A stretch of 64,000 nt of DNA, taken from Candidatus Bathyarchaeota archaeon (GTDB lineage Archaea > Thermoproteota > Bathyarchaeia > 40CM-2-53-6). The stretch lies in the NCBI GenBank assembly GCA_963733055.1, contig CAVTBR010000001.1, positions 224,001 through 288,000 on the forward strand, in the 5' to 3' direction. Both the position numbers and the translations under genes were made by a program. How positions within the stretch are numbered: position 1 is the first letter of the stretch; each line of letters opens with the position of its first letter. Below, one piece after another: positions 26,901-36,560 of this stretch. Under the pieces are notes generated by a model. It was not told the DNA's origin. It ran no database searches and was given only the letters and a program-made list of their open reading frames with translations.

Positions 26901-28511
26901 TCATGAAGGTGGGATCTGTCGGAAGGCCAGATCTATGTCAAGTCCCTTCCGTTTCCAATAGGCTCTCGATATGTAATAGAGAGCGACCGCCATCGCGTAA
27001 ACTAATATTGAGAGAACTATGGTTGGTGGTGAAATGCCAAATGATGCGTAGAAGGGGGCATTAGTAAAGTAGGCCGTCGTTACCCAGAGCGTAAGAGCTA
27101 ACGCCAACGCGGATATAATTGATAGAAGCGGAATCCCTGCTACCCTGGCCTTCAGAGGCATCAATTCGTACATGTCTTTCCGAATATACGGGAACATGAT
27201 GCCTGCTGCAGAGACAATCATCAGACCTATGAGAATCCAAAAGCCTTCGGCGGCAATGTAAACGTAAAGGTTCGCAAAAACTGCCAACACCAAAAGGGGA
27301 ATACTCACAATTAACAAAATCACGTGCCCGAAGGTCGGTGTTCTAAATCGGTCGCTCACGTGTGCCATTTTCGCTGGAAACATGCGGTCGAACGACCATG
27401 CAAGCCAGATCCTAGGAATGATTACTGCAAAGTTCATTAGAGCAACCGTCTCGGAGAGGAATATCACAAGTAATGCAAACGCATTAGCCCAACTTGGCAA
27501 CATTACTTGATACCATGACCAAGAAACCAGCACGCTAACAAACGGGTTGCCGATTGGAAGGCCGCTTACGCTACCCAACGAGCCAATCGCTGCTAAGAAT
27601 TTTAGGCCAGTCATGTTAATGAATGTCCAACCCAACAAAACATAGAGAACGATAAATCCCACCACAGCACCAGACATCATGATGTGCTGTCTTATTCCAC
27701 TATCAGCCTGTTTGACCTCACCTGCAATGTATGATGTCATGAATACGAACGGACAGATGAAAGCCACAACCTGAGACGCGAAGCTTAACGTCTGTTCCAT
27801 AGCTGGGCTCTCAGGAGGAAGCATGGCGAACCCAGCGCGTGTTGCATTACTAATGACCGTGTTGTACATGTCGGACTGAGTGGGAACGAACCTTAGAGAC
27901 CAAGCGTTGAAGGTAGCGGGGAAATTACCTGTCGCTGCTATAAACGCATAAGCCATAATCGCTACCGCAGGAATGGCGAGGATCCACACGACATTTTGCA
28001 TCCTCAGATACCATTTCATGCCTACAGCGCAGACCACCGTGACGATAATCGAAATTGCCGTACCGGTAAGAACGATGCCTAAAGGTTGCCATATCCAAGC
28101 GATAGCGCTGGCTGGGAAGACGGTACCTAAGAACATCCCCAGCAACGGAACCTCAAAGAATGCGTTACCGAAGACAAAGAAGAATAGGAAGCCGGCGGTT
28201 ACAGACCAGCTTATCAGGATCCCCACCAACGGATGCATGGCTCTGCTCAAGAATACGTATTCTCCTCCTGAACGAGGCATAGCGGACATAAAGTGAGCAT
28301 AAATGGAACTCAGCAGAATTGATGCGGTTCCTCCAATGAGCAACGCGAGTAACATGTTACCTCCGTTCGCGTATGATATGAAGTAGGGATTCAGAATGCC
28401 GAAGGCAAGTAAGCTTCCACCCTGGCAAAGGTTGAAAATAATTCCGCTTACCAGGCCTACTTCTCTAACTAATCCAGTCGATTGTCTGACGAACACTTGT
28501 TGCGATTTCAT
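26901..28511 (-). CDS. APC-family amino acid/polyamine permease
   Basis: FVRQSTGLVRE, MPRSGGEYVF, AGEVK, RIWLAWSFDRMFP; many TM segments. Confidence 0.9.
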   Translation of the reverse strand: MKSQQVFVRQSTGLVREVGLVSGIIFNLCQGGSLLAFGILNPYFISYANGGNMLLALLIGGTASILLSSIYAHFMSAMPRSGGEYVFLSRAMHPLVGILISWSVTAGFLFFFVFGNAFFEVPLLGMFLGTVFPASAIAWIWQPLGIVLTGTAISIIVTVVCAVGMKWYLRMQNVVWILAIPAVAIMAYAFIAATGNFPATFNAWSLRFVPTQSDMYNTVISNATRAGFAMLPPESPAMEQTLSFASQVVAFICPFVFMTSYIAGEVKQADSGIRQHIMMSGAVVGFIVLYVLLGWTFINMTGLKFLAAIGSLGSVSGLPIGNPFVSVLVSWSWYQVMLPSWANAFALLVIFLSETVALMNFAVIIPRIWLAWSFDRMFPAKMAHVSDRFRTPTFGHVILLIVSIPLLVLAVFANLYVYIAAEGFWILIGLMIVSAAGIMFPYIRKDMYELMPLKARVAGIPLLSIISALALALTLWVTTAYFTNAPFYASFGISPPTIVLSILVYAMAVALYYISRAYWKRKGLDIDLAFRQIPPS

Positions 28512-28727
28512 TTAGGAAAAACTTCTCAACTTTGAAATTTCTTCCGTTTTGGATAAAAGGCTTATGGGCTCAATCAGTTCGCGTACAAGCATTCAAAAGC
28601 TGAGAAATGGAGCTGAACGGGCGCGGGTGCGATTACGGCTGAATCCGTTGCAACCCGTTGCGGCGTTCCACCAATTGAACCCCAACCTTTTATCGACAGA
28701 CAAGATTAGCTGCTCAGAAGGCATGAA

Positions 28728-29600
28728 CTATAAACCGGCGCCGTCTTCATAGACTGTGATTATTGAAGACTGATCTTTTTCAGAAAGCCCCTTCTTCTCG
28801 GCAATTCGGTACACCTTCTCGGCCGCTTCAGCAACGAAAAGCGGCACGCACATCTCTTTTCCCAGGTCTGTCACCAATCGGATATCCTTGGAGGCAAGTC
28901 TGACTGGAAATACTGGCTGGTCGAATTCCCTGGTCAGCGCAGGCGGGAAATCGAGCGTTAGGATCGCGCTGTTAGCGGCGCCTGTCTTAAGCACTGCAAA
29001 TGCGACTCTCGGGTCTATTCCGCACTTCTTAGCGAGGACTACAGATTCGCTTATGGCAGCCAACTCGACTGTGGTTATGAGTTGATTCACAAGTTTCATT
29101 TGCATTCCCTTTCCATGACCTCCTAAGTAGAATGGTTCCCCGATGTCTCTGAGGAGAGGCAGCGCTTTCTCGTAAGCGTCCGTATCACCGCCTACCATAA
29201 TCGCCAAACTTCCAGCCTCAGCCCTAGCTTGTCCGCCACTTACCGGGGCGTCCAAGAACATCGCTCCTTTTTCCGAGGCATGACGTGCAATTCTTCTTGC
29301 GAGCTTTGGTGAACTTGTGCTCGTGTCCATCAAGACCGATCCTTTCGAGACACCATTCAACAAGCCGTCTCTATCAAAATAGACCTCTTCAATTTGAACC
29401 GGGCCCGGGAGTGATGTTATCACATATTCTGATATCTCTGCCAACTCCTTTGGAGTTCGTGCTACTCGGGCACCCGCATCAGCCAATGGATTGATCGCAT
29501 CTTTCCGAGTGTCGTAGACGGCTAGAAAATGCCCCCGTCTGAGTAGATTACGTGAAATTGCGGAGCCCATATGCCCGAGACCGACGATTCCAATTTTCAT
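28728..29600 (-). CDS. NAD(P)-dependent beta-hydroxyacid dehydrogenase (GarR/3-hydroxyisobutyrate DH family)
   Basis: IGIVGLGHMG, LDAPVSGG, MKLVNQ, KDIRL. Confidence 0.92.
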   Translation of the reverse strand: MKIGIVGLGHMGSAISRNLLRRGHFLAVYDTRKDAINPLADAGARVARTPKELAEISEYVITSLPGPVQIEEVYFDRDGLLNGVSKGSVLMDTSTSSPKLARRIARHASEKGAMFLDAPVSGGQARAEAGSLAIMVGGDTDAYEKALPLLRDIGEPFYLGGHGKGMQMKLVNQLITTVELAAISESVVLAKKCGIDPRVAFAVLKTGAANSAILTLDFPPALTREFDQPVFPVRLASKDIRLVTDLGKEMCVPLFVAEAAEKVYRIAEKKGLSEKDQSSIITVYEDGAGL

Positions 29601-29774
29601 AGTGACAAACTCCACCCTGCCTTACGACGTAGCGTGCCTAAAGCTTTTGGAAAACATTTTCTGAAAAATAACCCTTCTCGACTCCTCTAGACTGAATTCG
29701 AGGGGGCGCGTATCATCGTGAAAGAAGTGCAAAGCAGCGCTATGATCCTATGTTCTCTTCTGTAACCTTTCCCG

Positions 29775-31049
29775 CTAACTCTTGAGAACTGACTTGATTA
29801 TTGTGGCAACTTCTTCTTCCGTAGCAAAGCCGCGACTGCTATCTTTGATTTTCGCGCGGATCTTGTCGAGAATAACATCAAACTGCTGGTCATTGGCTTT
29901 CAATCCCATCATTGCAATCTTAACTCCGACAGCGGACAGGTTTCCCTTGCTTAAGGCAGCTTGTCCAAATTCCAGGCTCATCTCTGATCCGATCAGTTCG
30001 GGATGAATAACATTGTACGCGTACCAGAGTCCAGATAGAAGCGCCGCAATGTGAATGTCTGTCTCGTGTCGATAGATGTTTTCACCAACGACGCCCTTTA
30101 AGGGGCTGTTCTTAATTCCCCAAACCTCCTCGGCCAGTTTAGACAATGAGCCAAGTTTTTCCAGCTTGATTCCAGTCCTGACGTCGTAAAGAATCTCAAG
30201 CGCCGCGACAACTTCCTCAGTGGAGGCTACACCTGCTCTATCGCCCAGACCATTTACAGATACGTCGACCACCTCCGCCCCAGCTGTTACCGCTGCAAGC
30301 GCGTTTGCGCTTGCAAGTCCAAAGTCGTTATGATTATGGATAGCGAGTTGTGGCCTTGGGCCAACCAAATCTCTGAGCCACGTGAAGAAGTATTTCACGG
30401 CTTCCGGATTCGAACATCCGTAACCATCGGCGAAGTATATTCGGTCTGCACCCGCCTCCGCTGCTGCGGTGTAACAGTGATAATTGATATCGGGTCTCGT
30501 GATATTAGTACTCAACATAAACGCGGTAAAAGCGCCGCGATTCTTTGCATATTCGACTTCCTTTCTCACCAGACTTGCGAATTCCTCCTTTCTGATTCCG
30601 GGCACAACAAATTTCTCGGTCTCGGCCGTCCCGAAACCAATTAGGTTAACGATGTCCGCTCCAGCCGCGATTACTCCATCTATTTCTTTCTTCCAGTCTT
30701 CGGCCCACGTGCGCGTGTGAGCGCTCTGCTTAATGGAAACACCGCTCTTCTTCATTGCTACTGCGAATTCTCGGTGTTCGGCAACTGCTGCGGTGTAACC
30801 TACCTCTAACTCTTTGAAGCCGGCGTCTTCCAGAGCTTTTGCGACTCTTACAACTTGCTCTACACCTATGTGTTTCCGTCCTGGCACTGTGAGCCCCTCC
30901 CGAAGGGTTTCATCTTTCATGATGACATGTTTCGGCAAATTCATTGTAGACCTAACTTGATGGAGCAAATTCGAGTAGGTGTTCCACCATAGTTTGTTCG
31001 GTCCGAAAATCATCTCCTTTGACAACTCGTCGTTATCGATTGAGAACAT
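29775..31049 (-). CDS. DRE-TIM metallolyase (LeuA/homocitrate synthase-like)
   Basis: DETLREG, HNHNDFGLASANALAA, SVNGLGDRAG. Confidence 0.85.
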   Translation of the reverse strand: MFSIDNDELSKEMIFGPNKLWWNTYSNLLHQVRSTMNLPKHVIMKDETLREGLTVPGRKHIGVEQVVRVAKALEDAGFKELEVGYTAAVAEHREFAVAMKKSGVSIKQSAHTRTWAEDWKKEIDGVIAAGADIVNLIGFGTAETEKFVVPGIRKEEFASLVRKEVEYAKNRGAFTAFMLSTNITRPDINYHCYTAAAEAGADRIYFADGYGCSNPEAVKYFFTWLRDLVGPRPQLAIHNHNDFGLASANALAAVTAGAEVVDVSVNGLGDRAGVASTEEVVAALEILYDVRTGIKLEKLGSLSKLAEEVWGIKNSPLKGVVGENIYRHETDIHIAALLSGLWYAYNVIHPELIGSEMSLEFGQAALSKGNLSAVGVKIAMMGLKANDQQFDVILDKIRAKIKDSSRGFATEEEVATIIKSVLKS

Positions 31050-31176
31050 GTGCTATCAATCTCACTTCATCCGGCTGAGATAGCTTAGATAAAACTTGTG
31101 ACGCGTTCTACCGATTCCTGTACCTTTTCGTGATGGTTTGCGAAAGAGACGGCTGCGGCACAACAGGACGGAGAAC

Positions 31177-32127
31177 CTATGCTATGTATCTCCTAGCGAT
31201 CCTCGCGGTGCAACTATACCAATTCGGGTCAAAACCTTGATTTACACGTATTTCGCCGACCGCGCTGAGGAGTTGGTAGGCATCAATGAGATCGAAACCA
31301 TAAAACCTTACGAGTCTTAGCGTAAGGTCGCAATAAGCAGCTCTGTACGCATCGTCCAACGAACCGCCAAACGGGCAGGAGACTGACCCAATGCCATCAG
31401 GAAAATCTATTTGCGGCCAATCTACATATTGTGCGTCCTTCTTTTTGATTAGTGAGATATCCAATGTTACTTGAGCTTCCGTATCCACGTGCGCACTGGA
31501 CAGTTCCCCGTCGCCGGTTACAGCGGCGACATCGCCTAACGAGAGCAGGCCGCCCCTTACATTAGTACGAAGAATTATTTTGTTGCCGACTCTTGCGTCA
31601 GGGCTATCGATGTTTCCGCCAAACTCTTGGCCGTGGTAGACCGTTCCAATGCGTTCTGCCCGCGGAGCTACTCCAATGGTTCCGACTACTGGATTCAGCG
31701 GGATCCGAATGGTTTTCTTGTGCTTAAGCGGGAAGAGGACCTCGTTGCCTTCGATAGGGCATATTTTCGATATTTGTTGAAGTGGAGGCAGAATAGAATA
31801 GGGCCCCGATAGACCTCCAAAGCCAGGAACGACTTCTGTAAATCCTTGATGAAGTGTACCACCACATTTGATCTCTTTGATGTGGACCACCAAGTTGTCT
31901 CCCGGCTCTGCACCTTCAACGAATATCGGACCCGATACCGGGTTTGCACCTCCGATCCCTCTCCTTTCCATTTCTTCGGGAGTGCAGATATCTCCCTCGG
32001 TTCTAATGATTCCCGCCGCCGCGTCCAGAGTATCGACTATCACAGTTTCCGGTGGAATGATTGAGATAACCGGTTTTACGTCTGGAGAGAAGAAGTATTG
32101 CACGTTATCTGCGGTCAGCTTCTTCAT
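31177..32127 (-). CDS. Acetamidase/formamidase family protein
   Basis: NPVSGPIFVEGAEPGD, GTIGVAP, GGNIDS, LSLGD..GDGE. Confidence 0.9.
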   Translation of the reverse strand: MKKLTADNVQYFFSPDVKPVISIIPPETVIVDTLDAAAGIIRTEGDICTPEEMERRGIGGANPVSGPIFVEGAEPGDNLVVHIKEIKCGGTLHQGFTEVVPGFGGLSGPYSILPPLQQISKICPIEGNEVLFPLKHKKTIRIPLNPVVGTIGVAPRAERIGTVYHGQEFGGNIDSPDARVGNKIILRTNVRGGLLSLGDVAAVTGDGELSSAHVDTEAQVTLDISLIKKKDAQYVDWPQIDFPDGIGSVSCPFGGSLDDAYRAAYCDLTLRLVRFYGFDLIDAYQLLSAVGEIRVNQGFDPNWYSCTARIARRYIA

Positions 32128-32172
32128 TTAAGAAATCGGCTGGACTCACGTAAACAAACATTTAACGCTTGT

Positions 32173-33012
32173 CTATAATACCATTGATTTTCGCACGTGC
32201 GAAGCTGATCTCGTAGCGCTGACCCTTGCGCGGGAGTAATTCTTGGAAACTGACCAGAGCCTTTCGAATAAAGCATAAATTCCTCCTATGAACCGAGGGT
32301 TGTTAGTGAAGAGATCTAATTCCTTCAGTCTCGGATTGCTATCCTCGTCGATTCGATCAAAGATGGGGCCAAAGAACATTTGCTCTTTGTCTATAATGTC
32401 AGCATAAAACAAGACATTCTTTGAAAGTCGAACCTGCGCATATCTAGACAAGATATTTGCAGCCTTGATGTTGGATTTATCGATCTCAGTGATCAAACGA
32501 ACGTTGACGTTTCTCTTCCTTGCAGATATGATTGCCTCAGCTATTCCGCGTTCTACAGACTTCGAAAAACCATATTTGCCCGAAATGCCTGCATAATCGT
32601 TTTTTGCTAGGGCTAGCGTTTTGATGAATCGTTGGTCTAATTGAACCCTATTAATCAGACTTATGTGATTGAACTTTGGATTAACTTGAACATTCCGCGA
32701 TAAAGATCTAATCAAATCATCCTTACTTGTCTCTAGGCTAGCACAGGTATCCCGCAATTGCTTGATCATTAGAGGTAACGCTACCGCTGGTAGAGTCGCA
32801 GTGAAAGTTGAAGGCCACGATAGGTTACGCTGCACCAGACCCTTCGTCGAAAGTTCACGGAGGACCCGATAAACTTCGGGCCTAGCAATTCCTAACGCAG
32901 TGCCAATTTGAGGTGCCTTGAGCGTTCCGAAGCGGATAAGCGCAAGGTAAATTCTAGCTTGTAGTAATGTTAGTCCGAACTTCATTATTTCTTGTGCTTC
33001 TTCGTGGGACAA
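32173..33012 (-). CDS. TrmB-family transcriptional regulator
   Basis: FGLTLLQARIYLAL..IARPEVYRVLRELSTKGLV; C-terminal effector domain. Confidence 0.85.
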   Translation of the reverse strand: MSHEEAQEIMKFGLTLLQARIYLALIRFGTLKAPQIGTALGIARPEVYRVLRELSTKGLVQRNLSWPSTFTATLPAVALPLMIKQLRDTCASLETSKDDLIRSLSRNVQVNPKFNHISLINRVQLDQRFIKTLALAKNDYAGISGKYGFSKSVERGIAEAIISARKRNVNVRLITEIDKSNIKAANILSRYAQVRLSKNVLFYADIIDKEQMFFGPIFDRIDEDSNPRLKELDLFTNNPRFIGGIYALFERLWSVSKNYSRARVSATRSASHVRKSMVL

Positions 33013-33102
33013 GTAGTAACGGCTCCTGCTAACAAGTGCTTATGTGTGGATTGTAACTTACAATCCTATTTATACGGTGGTCGCTAAGATACGCAGGGTG
33101 CA

Positions 33103-33903
33103 GTGCAGGAAGACCAAAGTATTGTAGCTCTCCAACTTGACCAACTCAAGTTTCCGTCCATTACCTTAAGGCCGGTAAATGAGAAACTGGTTGTCGAGCT
33201 AGCTAGGTCTATTGAAAACACAGGACTTCTACAACCAATTGTTGTGCGAAGACAAAATGCGGATTACGAAGTCGTATTCGGAAATCATCGGGTTGAAGCG
33301 TGTAAACGCTTAGGAATGAAATGGATAAACTCACTAATTATCTCATTCACCGACGAGGATGCTTTCTTAGCGCGTATATCGGAGAACATTCTCAAGAATA
33401 CGCATGTGGATCCCTTGGAGGAGGCGAGAGGATACAGGATGCTAATTGAAAAGGGATGGACGGTCAACTCGATTGGTAAAAAAGTAGGGAAATGTGACAG
33501 CTACATCAGCGAGAGGTTGGCCCTACTGGACAATCTCCCTCGAAAAATCCGGTCAGATGTTAGAAGTGGTTTCTTGACTCCAAGTCATGCAGAGCTACTT
33601 TCGAGGATTCATGATGCAGATAGGCAAAGCGCTATCGCCGAGTTGGTCAAGAACAAAAAGTTGAGCGTACGATCGCTAGAGAACTTACTGAAAAAAACAC
33701 CGCACCCTGTCAAGACAGAGGTGTGTTGTTTGCCGAACGAGTGCACTCTAAAAATTCCTCCACAGTTTGCGGAAGCCATGGGCTTAGGAATGGGTAAGGG
33801 AGTCTTCATGTACATGCAGGGACGAAAATTAGTAATTGAGGCCACGCGTGCAACACGGGGTGGCAACAGCCAGTTCGAACACAGAAACCAACCGTACGAA
33901 TAG
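33103..33903 (+). CDS. ParB/Spo0J-family protein with C-terminal AbrB-like domain
   Basis: LARSIENTGLLQPIVVR, VFGNHRVEA, DPLEEA, HTH; C-term LKIPPQFAEAMGL..GRKLVIE. Confidence 0.85.
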   Translation: MQEDQSIVALQLDQLKFPSITLRPVNEKLVVELARSIENTGLLQPIVVRRQNADYEVVFGNHRVEACKRLGMKWINSLIISFTDEDAFLARISENILKNTHVDPLEEARGYRMLIEKGWTVNSIGKKVGKCDSYISERLALLDNLPRKIRSDVRSGFLTPSHAELLSRIHDADRQSAIAELVKNKKLSVRSLENLLKKTPHPVKTEVCCLPNECTLKIPPQFAEAMGLGMGKGVFMYMQGRKLVIEATRATRGGNSQFEHRNQPYE

Positions 33904-34067
33904 AACCCTTCAACTGGGAAACCAACAACATAAACGATTGCACATACACGAGGGAATTTGCCAGTGCTCCCTCAGGTTTCTGTCAGATAGGAGCGCGACA
34001 GGCTTCGAACTAGTTCGTTTGAGTTAGATTTTTCATATAAGGACATCGAAGGGTGGAGGTAGGACTG

Positions 34068-34189
34068 CGACATTTAGTAACGGAAAAACCTGGCAGTTTC
34101 GCGATGCTCCGACGACATTCAGTAATGGCAATTACCCACAAATCGCCGACAGGGAGTCTTGGACACGACAGTTACTAATGTGGATGAAA
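34068..34189 (-). repeat. Four imperfect 16-bp direct repeats; candidate TnsB-binding sites and transposon end
   Basis: CGACATTTAGTAACGG (34068), CGACATTCAGTAATGG (34113), CGACAGGGAGTCTTGG (34147), CGACAGTTACTAATGT (34166). Confidence 0.6.
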
Positions 34190-34233
34190 GCGTAGTCTGA
34201 ATTTAATATTCAAGATAGAGGAAAAGAGTTCCT

Positions 34234-34642
34234 ATGGCCTCTGTTCAAGTCAGATATATTGTGCACAACGTAGACTCTGCAATAGACTTCTATTGTAAAC
34301 ACCTTGGCTTCAATGAGGTTATGCATCCCGCTCCAGCATTTGCCATGCTCTCCAGGGGTGACCTTCGACTTGTGCTTAGCGCCCCGAACCCCCGGATCAG
34401 GTGGAGGCCAACCCATGCCGGATGGCAGGAAACAGGAGCCCGGCGGTTGGAATCGTTTCGCGGTCGAAGTCGATGATCTCGCGGCCACGGTCGAAATTAT
34501 GCGGAAGGCCGGCGTCCATTTCAGAAATGACATCATAACCGGCGTGGGCGGAAAACAGATCCTGGCCGAGGACCCTTCAGGTAATCCCGTCGAGCTGTTC
34601 GAACCGATCCTTCCTGAGGCTCGGCTACAACCGAAAAAGTGA
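34234..34642 (+). CDS. VOC/glyoxalase family protein, frameshift in C run at ~34390
   Basis: VRYIVHNVDSAIDFY joined to GGWNRFAVEVDDL..EDPSGNPVELFEP. Confidence 0.88.
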
Positions 34643-34762
34643 CGGACAACCCTCTTCACCCGGCAAAGTCGTTGGCTCAATAGAAGAGGCTCTTGTTAAT
34701 GGGAAGCCTGTCACTCTTCCCATGAGTGTTCGGATTACGGAGTAACGTGTCGAGGCAGGAAC

Positions 34763-35173
34763 ATGAAAGAATATGCAGTAAAGCCCATCGGGTTCATTCG
34801 ATCGCCGATTAAGAACCGAAAGGACGCACCACGATTCTACACGGAGGGAGCGCCCAACGCCGTTTTGGAGTTGATTCCTAAATACAGAGACGGTTTGGAT
34901 CAAATGAAAGTTGGAGACGAAGTCATCGTGATTACATGGCTTCATCGCGCCCACAGGAGGATTCTAAAGGTCCACCCTAGAGGCGACTCGTCTCGCCCGC
35001 TTACGGGCGTCTTCATGACTAGATCACCTGATCGCCCGAACCCGCTGGGTCTTCATCGAGCAAAAGTATTGGAGATAAACGCAAATAGTCTCCTTATCGG
35101 CCCCATCGAGGCTATCGACGGAACCCCAGTCGTCGACATAAAGCCCGTAGTCGAACACGCAAGCGATTCTTAG
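34763..35173 (+). CDS. tsaA: TrmO/TsaA tRNA (t6A37) methyltransferase family
   Basis: KPIGFIRSP, GVFMTRSPDRPNPLGL, IDGTPVVDIKP. Confidence 0.9.
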   Translation: MKEYAVKPIGFIRSPIKNRKDAPRFYTEGAPNAVLELIPKYRDGLDQMKVGDEVIVITWLHRAHRRILKVHPRGDSSRPLTGVFMTRSPDRPNPLGLHRAKVLEINANSLLIGPIEAIDGTPVVDIKPVVEHASDS

Positions 35174-35480
35174 CCTAATTGTAGGTCTTTCACCAAAAGT
35201 GGTATGCAGGGCGGAAACGATCTCCGCCCACGGCGAGCTTAAGCTACCTGTTCCTCTTGTCTAACGTTCTTGTCGTGCTCAGAATCTAACCTCATCCGAA
35301 CTTTGCGTTTCTTACCCAAACCTCAAACACCTCCGTTCTTGTCCTGGGAATAAGTTGTGTCCTAAGTGCATTTAACCTGGCTTGGAGAGAAAGTCGGAAA
35401 GCGTAATTATACCGCATTTCTACTCAGTAGAATCTCTGCTTAGTGGAACAGTAGACGGTGGATGATTTTTATGGGCATCA

Positions 35481-36346
35481 TCAGCCGCTTACAAGGGAAC
35501 GCGCGAGCAAGAATACGTTGCTCTTGTGCTCGCGGATTCTCCGAACGGAGTATCCCCACCATCCTTTTCCAAAGGGTATGTAATCGCTGACCCTGTATCC
35601 AGCAGTTGTGCGAGTTCAATCTTCTTCTTGTCCCTAATCCCCATCAACATCTCAAACTCGAAATCTACTTGCCGAGCCTTACTCAGTTCCGCTGCTTCCT
35701 CAATCAATTTCTCATGATGCGTGGCAATAGCGAAACCTTGCCCTCGTTCAAACATCACTCGCATCAGCTTTGAGAAATTCTCGTTAATCTGATTCTTCCG
35801 TTTGAAAGCGATCGTTGGGCTCTCGTTGTAGGCGCCTTTAACTAATCTTATCATTCCCTTGGCGTCAAGGATTCGGTTGACGTCTTCTTCGCTTCTCTTC
35901 AAGTACGCTTGGATTGCGACCCCGACATTGTCAAATTTCTTCCTAAATTCCAGGTACGAATCGATGGTATTCGTTGTGTATGGGGATCCTTCGATATCGA
36001 TCCATACGAAGTTCCCGAGTGATTTCGCGGCCACCAGAATATTGCTCAAATTTTCCTCGTAGAGCTTCCTGTTGATACTCAGACCGAGCTGAGTTGGTTT
36101 GATTGAAATGCAGCTTCGAATCTTCCGTGCTTCGATTGCTTTCAGGATCTCTAGATACTCTGTTGTGGCTGCAGCAGTTTCCTCCCTTGTCTCATGCTCC
36201 TCTCCAAGAAGATTTATGATTCCCAGCATCTTCTCGGCGTTCGCTTGTTCAGCGCGCTCCAATGCCTCCTGGTAGGTCTCACCGGCTATCCAATGTTTGG
36301 CAATTTGGAATAACAGACCACTCCACAGAGTTGCCAAATTAGTCAC
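35481..36346 (-). CDS. Proline dehydrogenase, frameshift at ~35603
   Basis: WIAGET, ISIKPTQLG, IQAYL, RLVKGAY, IATH, EMLMGI; the expected tail GYRVSDYIPFGKGWWGYSVRRIRE lies in another frame ending at 35481. Confidence 0.88.
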
Positions 36347-36560
36347 CGCTCAGGCCCATGAGGCCGTCCCGAATAAAGTTGATTAGCATTTCTTGCCGCA
36401 GACAACATCCATTCTATGTGAAGCAGACCAGTGTGTGAAGAGGCAAAGTAGGTTCTCCCAACGGTTGAACCTTTCAGGGTTCTTGGCGAATAGATAACGC
36501 GTCGCCTATGTCCGTACGCCGCCAAAGAAATTATAACTCCCAATTGCGCATTCGAGAAAC

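Larger units (their letters stand above)
1..34189. mobile_element. Putative Tn7-like transposon (left boundary outside window, right boundary tentative)
   Basis: tnsAB-tnsC-tniQ core, a second tniQ, defence-like cargo and a cluster of TnsB-site-like repeats at 34068-34181. The core is well supported; the extent is inferred. Confidence 0.55.

Noticed and set aside
33996-34011. Fifth CGACA near the candidate end
   Set aside because: Downstream bases (GGCTTCGAAC) do not match the repeat consensus
35209-35229. GGGCGGA-N7-TCCGCCC hairpin as a tRNA or ncRNA fragment
   Set aside because: No cloverleaf or T-loop; at most a terminator-like stem between convergent genes
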